From positions 352,001 through 416,000 of the forward strand of contig JAXHMY010000002.1 of NCBI GenBank assembly GCA_034520965.1: DNA of 64,000 nt, given 5' to 3'. Position numbers and translations under genes: made by a program. This stretch comes from Spirochaetia bacterium (lineage in GTDB: Bacteria; Spirochaetota; Spirochaetia; DSM-16054; Sediminispirochaetaceae). Positions within the stretch are counted from its first letter, which is position 1. Each line of letters starts with the position of its first letter. The notes under the pieces are model-generated. The model was not told the DNA's origin, ran no database searches, and saw nothing but the letters and a program-made list of their open reading frames with translations. Shown here piece by piece: positions 55,061-64,000 of the stretch.

Positions 55061-55418
55061 CAAGTGGGAAACACATATAATATGCCAAGTTCCTGCTCTT
55101 GATTCACAAGACAGCCAGACAAGGAGTCGCTTTTCCTCACTCTTCCTTGGGTTTTCTTAAGTTACTGCACTATAACATATTACTCGCAGGTTGTCACTTT
55201 GAGTTTCTCTGGTTTTCCTGGAGTTTCACGGATTTTAGCTTACAATTTTGCTTACAATTGATTAGGATGTAATTTGCCTGTATTCACATTGGTAAGGGAT
55301 AAAATGAATGATGAGTACCCCTCGTTACCATATAAACAAATCACTGTCATCACCGGTAGCAATTCAACAATAGTGTTTGTTTACTCAATCCTTTATTGGC
55401 TGCAATACCACTCGTTGC

Positions 55419-56360
55419 TTAATGCATCCGTCTATAAGTCTTGCCTTTGATGACCTTTTTTACTTGCACCTCATTAAGTGCCCCCACTTCTTTCACAATC
55501 TCTGAGGTTGGCCGCCCCATTTTACCCATTTCCCGAATCTTTCTGACTTGTTCTTGTGATAAGGTTTTTGGCCGTGCTTCAATCACTTTGAGATAGAAAT
55601 CGTCATCCTTCCACAGTTCAGCAATAAATGGATTAGGGATACCTTTTCGAGGGTTTTTTCTAATATAATCCAAGATCGCTTTTTCTCTTTCTTTTAAAGT
55701 GATGTTTACGCGATCAGTAATTCGATGCTCATGAAGGAATCTAAGCCCTTTTCTTCCGCCAGGTATCATATTTAGACGATTTGGCCCAATTTTATCGACA
55801 ATGCTTTCTTCCCAGTCTAATGCCTCATCCTCCGTCATGTTAATTTCAATTAGTTCTGAGATAAAATGTACATCTTCCACTCCCATTGTTTCTCGCCATG
55901 CTCGATAAAATCTCAACATACTACCTCGACCCATGTTTCCCATGTGTTCCTGGAAACGAATAAGCCAGTTTCGGCTGGTAATTCCAACGTATGAATACAC
56001 ATTTGAGCGGGAACGTTCCATTTGCTGTATGTCGTAGAAACTTCTCATTTGACTCATATTTTGTGCAATCGAATGACTATAGCCTTGGTACCCCCTATTT
56101 GCATCTCCCCAGCCTTTAAGCAAATATTGCAATGGTATAACGGTTTTCCAGGTAACTATTTTTCCGAGGAAAATAACTTGAAAGTTAGCATGTCCGAGAA
56201 ACGGTCTTTTTAGTGGTTGGATGTCGATGACGGAAGTTTCAGGATTATAGAATAAAGCAATTTCGATGGGTGATTCACACAATCGTTGAGAGGCACGCTT
56301 CCGGTTTATAGTTTGCATATTTTGCCGAATTACGTGCGTCGACTGAGCCGCATAATGCAC
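55419..56360 (-). CDS. Hypothetical protein with GIY-YIG-like nuclease motif and HTH-like C-terminus
   Basis: YQGYSH...YSYVGITSRNWLIRFQEH...EALDWEE...LNMIPGG. Confidence 0.6.
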   Translation of the reverse strand: MHYAAQSTHVIRQNMQTINRKRASQRLCESPIEIALFYNPETSVIDIQPLKRPFLGHANFQVIFLGKIVTWKTVIPLQYLLKGWGDANRGYQGYSHSIAQNMSQMRSFYDIQQMERSRSNVYSYVGITSRNWLIRFQEHMGNMGRGSMLRFYRAWRETMGVEDVHFISELIEINMTEDEALDWEESIVDKIGPNRLNMIPGGRKGLRFLHEHRITDRVNITLKEREKAILDYIRKNPRKGIPNPFIAELWKDDDFYLKVIEARPKTLSQEQVRKIREMGKMGRPTSEIVKEVGALNEVQVKKVIKGKTYRRMH

Positions 56361-56606
56361 CCGATGTATCGTTGAATCGGCGTTTCAAGGTCTCATCGAG
56401 TACGAGCCAATGAAACTTTTTGTACTGGAGGTAAAAGAGTGCGGCAATTATTTGAATCAACAAATCTTAATTTCACTTTCGTAACCAAACACAGTATTGT
56501 ACCATTTTTTATCGCTCTTATCAGTTTTATGTGCAATGTAGATGATTTACTATCCGGAATAGTGGCCTCACCACTGTCCCTCTTGTACGGATAATTTGCG
56601 ATCCTA

Positions 56607-57746
56607 TTATGCTTTTCCTATCGAAATGAACTCCTCTAAAGTCATTCTCTGATGCTTAATAGCGAACCCAAGCAGTTCTTCAAATCTCTTCTGAGAATTG
56701 GGATCCGGGCTTACTAAAACAATGTGTGGTGGTTGGCAACGGACTTCACTCGATAATGTTGAAGCGAATAATGCTCTCATTGCCCCATCTGCTTCTGGTA
56801 GAGAATAACCGACAATCACCACTTTGCGTGCTTGACGCAGTTTTCGAGCAGAGAGTCGCCATACTGCCGCTAAACTGGCATTATCAATAGTTTTTGCAAA
56901 CGAAGGAAGAAGCACATGAACATTGTCTATCACGCGTCCAAGTACTGATTCGTTCCCATCATGAAGAGGCCAAGTGGAACCAGGAGTGATAGGTAGGTAC
57001 TGCAATAGACCATCGCTTTGTAGCCATATCTTTCCTTGATCGTTCATGCGCCAGCCGTATGATCCGTGGAGTTTAAGTACAGGTATCGATCGTATGGTTT
57101 CGAGCCACTTAATTGCCGATGGAAGGGGTATTGGATCAGTCATTCCTTGATGTAACAACTTGACTGGAAAACCATACCCATCACAAGGTGACCATTTTTG
57201 GGATCGCATCAAGATATGTTCAATACAAGTGTCCCAGTTCGTGGTAACTATGCAATCTGAAGGTTGAGCATCCACTATTAAATCGCATAGAGATGACAAA
57301 CGCTCCGGTTCATTCCAAAACTGGAAATGCTTCCATCCGAAAAAGTGATCTACCAATTCAAGGAGGTCCCGACGTACCATCTTCGCTGTACTTATTACTT
57401 CATCGCGGTCCGGTAATTCTGGTATTTTGGCAGGGTTGCTATATGCACCCAAATCCCTAATAGTGTTTATGGTTTCCTGCCAGTGCTGTCGCTCTTCGGT
57501 AGCTTCAACCTGAATCAGTAGGTCAATCATTGTGAATACTACCTCGATGTTCTCGCTCGACAGCATCCTGCCTAATGAGCTCTTATCGGATGGTTCTATG
57601 AATGCAGCTACTCGCTCCCAGCTTTCCTTAGTTCCAAGATCAACTCCAGATCGAACTTCTTCGGCGATATGCTTAAACAGTTCTCCTGCAAGTGGTAAAC
57701 CTGCTGATCTCGAGGCTCCTGCTCCGAGGAAGTACACAGTACTCAC
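56607..57746 (-). CDS. SIR2-like domain protein (putative defence NADase)
   Basis: VYFLGAGAS..AGLP, TTNWD, LKLHGS, VGYSLPEAD; likely GTG start at 57746. Confidence 0.85.
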   Translation of the reverse strand: MSTVYFLGAGASRSAGLPLAGELFKHIAEEVRSGVDLGTKESWERVAAFIEPSDKSSLGRMLSSENIEVVFTMIDLLIQVEATEERQHWQETINTIRDLGAYSNPAKIPELPDRDEVISTAKMVRRDLLELVDHFFGWKHFQFWNEPERLSSLCDLIVDAQPSDCIVTTNWDTCIEHILMRSQKWSPCDGYGFPVKLLHQGMTDPIPLPSAIKWLETIRSIPVLKLHGSYGWRMNDQGKIWLQSDGLLQYLPITPGSTWPLHDGNESVLGRVIDNVHVLLPSFAKTIDNASLAAVWRLSARKLRQARKVVIVGYSLPEADGAMRALFASTLSSEVRCQPPHIVLVSPDPNSQKRFEELLGFAIKHQRMTLEEFISIGKA

Positions 57747-57841
57747 GGAGTCCTGCCTACCAGTCGTGTTGCATGAGCCATGACCCTTAGTAGAATGATT
57801 GCTTGATTCGTCTCTTTCAACAGAACTAAACCTACTATCGC

Positions 57842-59587
57842 TTACCAAATAATCCATTTACTGCTCGCCCATTTCGCCAGTACTTCAGTACGTTCTTCAA
57901 TATCCTGCTTACTGAAGGAGTTGACGTGTTTGGCGTATTTATGAGCAAAATCTCGTGTTATTCTATATATTGATGAAGGGTACAGATTCTGATCGGTAAT
58001 TTTTGTATGTACAGGAGAGTTGTTGCATTTTGAGTTCTCGCTTTTGGTAAGTGGTAGGAGATTTCCGAATTGGTTTTTATAAACTATGAACTCATCTTCA
58101 TCACTAAAACCGTGGGTTGCTAATGAGAAATTAGGATGCTGAGCAATTATATGCTCTCGTGTAATCTGCTTGCGTGTAAAATTCCCAAGTACATCTATAC
58201 CATATTCTTCTCCACTTGTGTATTCATCAAGTTCAATTAGCATTAAAAAGACTGCTTGATTCTGATACATGTTTTGTCTTAGATTCTGTATGAAATATCC
58301 ATCTGGCATGAATCTCTTAATGAAATTACTTAACCCATTTGCTATATGATTGGCACTTGCAGATCTACTTCCATGAGAAAGATCTCCAATATCTCTGGCT
58401 GGATCTGTACCTCGAGTCTTATATACACGAACATCTGAAGCCATTATTCCATACAAAAAGTCAAAAGAAGTATTTGGCATTTTCTGTTCCAAAATCCCTC
58501 TTTGAAAAAGGCGTACGGTTAATGGATAAAGACGAGCGGATAAGCCAAGTTGAACAAAAGCCTTATAGTAGCGTGGATTGTGTGTGCATTGACGGAATTA
58601 ATTCATCAAACGATTTTGAGAATGTAGATACATCGTTAATATAATCTGCAATAAAATCTTTGAGCTTTTGTTTCCCCACTTCTGCAAAACCTTTTAGAGT
58701 TTTCTTGAGAAATCCTTCATAAACAGTTCGAGATGATGCATCGTAATCCATTCCATTAACAATACTTGGGTACTCGTAGGACAAATAGTGGTATCTGAGA
58801 AGATCATCTTCTGAAAATGTATCACGACTGATATTATTTATTCGAAACCCTTCGTCTAATACAAATTCTCGTAAGCGATCATAAGTGACAAATGCTACTC
58901 CAAATGCATCATTTATTTGGTCATCCAAACTTCCATTAAGAAATCTATTTGAATAGTATACAAGAAGGGATTTAGCCTTATCCATCATTGTTAGGGCAGT
59001 CCTCGGTCATTAACTGTCTGGAACATTCGGATTGCTTTACCAGTATCAGAAGCTTCGAAACTTATCATTTCCATTGATGCCAAAGTAGTAATTAGTTCTT
59101 TTATCTTATCCTCCCCATTATTGCGCAAGACCATCTCTGCATGTTCTCGTGCATACTTATAGGCGTCACCTAATTTCCTTTGGCCAGCAGTTTCCGGGGT
59201 TATTGGACTGCCTTTCAATAAAGCTATTGTAAAATCCTTGTTTCTCCCAAAAGAGAGTTTATAGCCATCGTGGTCCTCTACCAAGTTACTCTCAAATGTA
59301 ATTCTGAATCTATCATTATTCGGTAGAACTCCAAGCATTGCATGCGCAACGAGAGTTATTGTAGAGATACGCTGCTGTCCGTCTACGAGATCAAAGGTGT
59401 TAGTGCCTGTTTCCGCTAATACAACTGTACCAAGATAATGGCCAGAATTAGTATCGATAGCCTCTTCAATATCACTCAGAAGATCTTGAATTTGCTTTTT
59501 AGTCCAGGCGTAGTCACGTTGGTAGTGGGGTATAGTAAAACGCTTTCCGACGAAAAATTGTTGGACAGAAATTACATTGTTAGACAT
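57842..59587 (-). CDS. DUF262 + DUF1524(HNH) GmrSD-like nuclease; frameshifted into three ORFs
   Basis: PHYQRDYAW, VDGQQRISTI, FQTVNDRG; C-terminal EHIIAQ...GNLLPL...NSKCNN. Confidence 0.85.
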
Positions 59588-62500
59588 TAAAATCTCCTTC
59601 TATTACCCGTCTAAAATTATCTTTCTGCGGAATTTCATCATTATCCACAAAGCCATTATGGTACGGAAAAAGCGGACTTCCCGGAGTCCACAGTTCTACG
59701 CTCTCCGCATTTTCATCGAAGAAACGGATATCGGTAGTAACCCGTATTGCAGGCATGCCGGGCAGTTGATAGGCGAAGTCTTTTCCACCAAGTGGCCGTA
59801 CTTCCGTTCCAGGGGCAAGAAGTTCCGTTCGTTTCAGAACTTTACTAAGATCGGAGCGAGTGTAGGGAGGAGCAGGGAGCTGTGAGATGTCGAACTCGTG
59901 GCTTGCCAATTCATCTAAATCGAATCCTGACTCTTCCACTTCGTCGGCCTCTTCTACGAGGGCATGTATTCTTTCCTCGGTGGTTGCCCCTCTCCTCAGG
60001 CCGAGTTAGTGCCAGTTGCTGGATGGTATCTCCTACTTTAGAGAGAATAGGCTGAAGACGGCCAACGAGTCTCTCGAAGTCGAGTATTCGCTCCTTGATT
60101 GCTTGGTATACGTCCGCTTCAACCGTATCTGCATAATGTAGATTGATAATTCTGATGGTTTCATGTTGCTGTCCTAAACGATCGATTCGGCCTATCCTTT
60201 GTTCAACTCGCATGGGATTCCAGGGCATATCATAGTTAATTAGCGAACCACAAAACTGGAAGTTCAGACCCTCGGCTGCAGCGTCGGTGCATAACATTAT
60301 TTCGGCTTTACCTTCTCTGAAGATTTTCTTTGCCTTGTCTCGATTTATCCAGAGTGCCAATACCCGTGGTTATCTCGAATCTCTCCACCACGGCCGGAGA
60401 AACAAAGGACCGAACGTCCGGGTTCCTCTTTGCAGCTACATCATGCAGCAGATCGAGTGAATCAGTGTGATCGGGTGAACACGATGGCCTGTTGATATCC
60501 GACTCTGAAAGAGATTGGCAGTGCGTCGAGCAGGTTTCGTTGAAACTCGTGTATCGGCTTCGATTTCCGAAGTGGCTGCAAGCAGGGTATGGATATCGGT
60601 ATGCTCCTCCTTCACTGCAGCAACGAGGTTCGCCTGTTCCTCAATATCGTCGGTGGTAATTGTCTCCCCTGATTCTTCAATAGAGAGACCTTCTTCCGGT
60701 ATACTCTCTCATTGAAAAATATTTGCAGTTGCTTCTCGGGTCGTTTCGAAGCTTTCTGAGGCGTTTGGAGAGTGTCTGACTGAGGGCGTAAAAACTAGAG
60801 GCGATCCTCTTTCGATATACGGTGAGAACAAAACCGGCGGCGGTCTTTTTATCTGGTTCAGCTGCATTGAAGGTGCTGGTAATATAATCTTCGAGTTGGT
60901 CATATACGCTTCGTTCTGATTCGGTCATATGAATAAACTCATCATGGACGCGACGCTGTGCAATGGGAGTCGATATCTTTCCCTGCTTGTAGTACATACG
61001 AAGTAACCTTCGTGTATGTCGGGAGATGAGAACGCTTACGGGAGAATACGCTTTGAGGACCTGAAGGGCTTTCTTGCGTTCTTCGGTGCTGAGATTCTGA
61101 ATCTTAAGACCGGTAGAATCTCTGAGGGCCTTCAACACCTTCCTTCGTTTTACTGAGGAAATTCCTTTAAAGATTCTGTCGATGTGTATCTCGTCAATGG
61201 GTTCGAAGTTTTCCTCGAGATTCCGAAACATCTTTGCAGCGAAGCTCAGTTCCTTGTTGGTGGGGTTTGTTGAAGTTACGATGTCGAAATAGCTAAGAAA
61301 ATTATCCTCACTCCATTCATCAGGGAGCCCTAATACTCGGAGGAGGTCATACACTTCGGTAGGATTGACCTGCATGGGGGTTGCGGTAAGAAAGACCATT
61401 GCTTCGGTCTTTTCTGGTAGCTTCGTGAGCAGGTGCAACATCTGATTGGGACGTCTGTCGGAACTGCCTACCATTCCCCTTCGCCGTGCATGATGAGCCT
61501 CATCAACGATAATCAGATCCCAGGGTTCTGCTTCTTGGATCTCTCCTATGCGGTCTCTTCGTCGCATGAGATGGCTCGATGTAATAACTATGTTCTCTTT
61601 ATGCCACTCATCCTTGGCGACTTTTTCGGTTGATTGACATTGAAGGGCGAGTGAAGGATACCATGTAAAAGCCTTTCCATCGTAAATCGGAACTAGCAGA
61701 TTGAGCTTCTCTCTCAGCTCAATCTGCCATTGAGATGTGACTGCCTTCGGTGCAAGAATGAGAACACGTGCTCCGGGTTTTGTGAGCCAGAGATGACGAA
61801 TAAGAATACCTGCCTGTATTGTCTTACCCAATCCGACCTCATCGGCGATAAGAAGTCGGGTAGGAGTGCGCCTGCGCATACGGTCGTAAGCACGTATCTG
61901 ATGAGGCCAGAGTGTAACCGCTGCCGTCTCCTCGGCAACTCTGTATCCATTCTCCTGAAACTGTGGAGATGCATGTATATAGTTCCACACAATCCGTTTT
62001 GGATTGGACGGAATATTCCAGCGGCTTGTTCTTTGCGGTTGTTCGGGAATCTTCTTGAAAGTCAACGTATTCCAAACGTCTAGGATACTTGCCCTCCTCT
62101 GGAAGATATCGAAGGAGTCTCTCTCTTAGTGCAGAGGGGATATCGATGGTGATAAGTTTATTAGCTTCTCCTCTCCATTTTTTTGCAAAGATACTCTCAT
62201 AATCATCGATGTACTCCTCATGTCCGGATCTCCAGCTGTAATGAACCGTAAAACTTTCGAAGTTGTAGGTCCACCCCTGAAAAGTCTCATTTACGCTCCC
62301 ATTAAAAGCGAGTCGATTTCCTTCCGAATCCTCTATTATGCCGGTCTTTTCATGGAAGATCGAATTGTCTCGCACGGGCATGCGGTCGCTCGTGCATGGT
62401 ATCGCAACACGAATTTCGAGATACCCACGTGCAACCATCCATGATAGTAATTCGAGAGCATCCAATTGAGTAGGATCGGTGACTTCTTCGAACTCGTTAC

Positions 62501-62810
62501 TTGTTTGAGTCGCGATTGCTTTAGAAAGTTCTTCGCCTCTCTGAACTGCATAAATCTCGTCCTGTTCCAGTGTGCAACCTACGATTAGGCGCATTCGTCC
62601 GTCGGAGATCACGAGGTGTTCTATTCCCTGAGAGGCGATGGTGAGGGCGCCGGCGGTAAAGTATCCGGTGGTTCGGTCATACCGGACGGCGCATTTGAGG
62701 GCAGGTGTGTAGAATCGGCTTCCAAGCGGACCATCGTCGGAATCATAAATCAGCTTCCAACTTTCTTCTGATAGACACGACATGTAATTACTCGTCGGCA
62801 AAAACGCCAA
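59580..62810 (-). CDS. PLD-like nuclease / SNF2 helicase fusion; multiple frameshifts
   Basis: YDRTTGYF, HEKTGI...GSVN; LIADEVGLGKT, DEAHH, TATP; TDAAAEGLNFQ, DMPWNPMRVEQRIGRIDRLGQ. Confidence 0.88.
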
Positions 62811-62827
62811 CTCCGCTCGCGGTCGGC

Positions 62828-64000
62828 CTATCGATTCTCTTCTGCAAGTACCAGACGTCTCAACTGTTCGAGGGCTTCGAAATCATCAGCGGCGGGCTTT
62901 TGTGCTTGCGCCGGTTCCAGGCCACTAAAACTCTTCGATCGCGGGAGCACTTCCAGCACGGTTTCGAAGGCAGTGAGGAAGGAGGCATTTTGCATGAGAT
63001 TTGACTTTTCAAGCATTTCTCTCGAGGCGTTGAGGCCGCGAGAGCGGGCTGCATATGCAAGGTGATGGATGGCGTCGATCATTGCCACCGACCCCGAGGC
63101 AGGGCCTATGGAACCGGAGCTCACTCTCGTGGCGCTGTCCCAGAGCTCAAGGTCACTCTGTTTCTTTTGGGCAAGTTTCTTTACCACATCGTGGTCAAGG
63201 TCTATTCCTACTACTCTTGCAAGTCGGAGAGCCTCGTCATAGGGAAACTTGGGGGCCTTGAAGGCATCCCATGCGAGGACGAACCATTCGGTAAGAGGAT
63301 CGAGGTGCTCCTGCCGTTCCATCGAAGTAAGCTGGCGGAGGCGCCATTCTTTCACCTCCCGACGTGCAACTTCCAGAACGTCCTCCGGAGTGGTTTTGTA
63401 GGGATCGTAGTCGTCCTTGATGAGAAGCTTCTGTGAGCCTTTCTTCGGCTCCGGTTTCGGTCGTGGCTTTCCCCGTTTGACCGGCCAGTGGCGCGAAAAC
63501 TCCTCGAGGGCGGGACCAAAACTCGAGAGGTAGAGGTCCACTCCGCTTATGCCGGAATCCTGATAGTATTGAATGCGATCACGTACTGCAGTTTTCACCT
63601 TTGGTTCGAGGTCTTCCCAGTACACAGGCTCGGCCTCTTCCTGTTTCGGACGTGGGCGACAGACAAGGAATATGGTGCTGTTCGCCGAAGCCTTGTCCTT
63701 TATATGAAGAGAGCCTTCGGCTTCGGTGTTGATCGGCCAGCTGGCGGTGACGATAAATCCGGCTTCCACCAGTCCGGTGGTGAGCGCATCCCATGCGCCA
63801 GTTGCCTTGTGGGTGAACATGAGGGTCATGATGCCGTCTTCTTTCAGCACTCGTCGGCACTCCTGAAAAATGGCGGCCATACGCTGCCGGTATTCTTCCC
63901 CAGCCAGGTTTTTGGCACCTTTCTGCCCTTTAAAATGGGATGGGTTTGCAACTGCTTCATTGTCTTTGTCGGTGAGCTGACGAGTAAAGAGTTCGGGCAA
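62828..64000 (-). CDS. DUF1156-type adenine-specific DNA methylase, C-terminal part (start outside the window)
   Basis: EAVANP, ECRRVLKEDGIMTLMFTHK...AWDAL, ASWPINTE, STIFLVCRPR, GVDLYLSSFGPALE. Confidence 0.8.
   Translation of the reverse strand: MPELFTRQLTDKDNEAVANPSHFKGQKGAKNLAGEEYRQRMAAIFQECRRVLKEDGIMTLMFTHKATGAWDALTTGLVEAGFIVTASWPINTEAEGSLHIKDKASANSTIFLVCRPRPKQEEAEPVYWEDLEPKVKTAVRDRIQYYQDSGISGVDLYLSSFGPALEEFSRHWPVKRGKPRPKPEPKKGSQKLLIKDDYDPYKTTPEDVLEVARREVKEWRLRQLTSMERQEHLDPLTEWFVLAWDAFKAPKFPYDEALRLARVVGIDLDHDVVKKLAQKKQSDLELWDSATRVSSGSIGPASGSVAMIDAIHHLAYAARSRGLNASREMLEKSNLMQNASFLTAFETVLEVLPRSKSFSGLEPAQAQKPAADDFEALEQLRRLVLAEENR

Larger units (their letters stand above)
40888..64000. mobile_element. 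Genomic island / integrative element at tRNA-Thr; right end not seen
   Basis: Integrase immediately after the tRNA, then excisionase, primase-like gene, IS remnant, cargo and defence genes; no core genes thereafter. Confidence 0.75.

Noticed and set aside
40888..64000. attR duplication of the tRNA-Thr 3' end; prophage
   Set aside because: No repeat was found by eye within the window, and there are no virion, terminase or lysis genes.

Overview
This is a chromosomal segment of a spirochaete (Spirochaetia-like gene content and order). Positions 1-40.9 kb are core genome: a Maf/DUF115 gene, lepA, a five-gene two-component cluster, an HtrA-like protease, the ftsH-tilS-pth-rplY-spoVG-ispE block, the rsfS-LCP-yqeK-nadD-obg-rpmA-prp-rplU block, argS, pgeF, apt, a MinD/FlhG ATPase, tsaD, an RpoS-like sigma factor behind a sigma54 promoter, flgJ-flgI-flgA-flgG-flgF and four tRNAs. 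A 1.87-kb group II intron sits 4 nt into lepA. Its EBS1 loop is complementary to ATGA, and its domain VI carries an RBS and ATG in frame with the lepA 3' exon. Two diverged copies of a ~140-bp double-hairpin MITE each have a 9-bp target duplication. From tRNA-Thr (40.9 kb) to the window end lies a genomic island. It carries a tyrosine integrase, an excisionase-like HTH, an AEP/primpol-like gene, an IS256 remnant, a nucleoside/ribose uptake-catabolism cassette and several gene remnants. It ends in a defence cluster: DUF1156 methylase, PLD-SNF2 helicase, DUF262/DUF1524, SIR2-like and GIY-YIG-like genes. Many genes, including essential ones, are split by small indels, most likely sequencing or assembly errors. 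All calls come from motif recognition by eye; no database searches were run.
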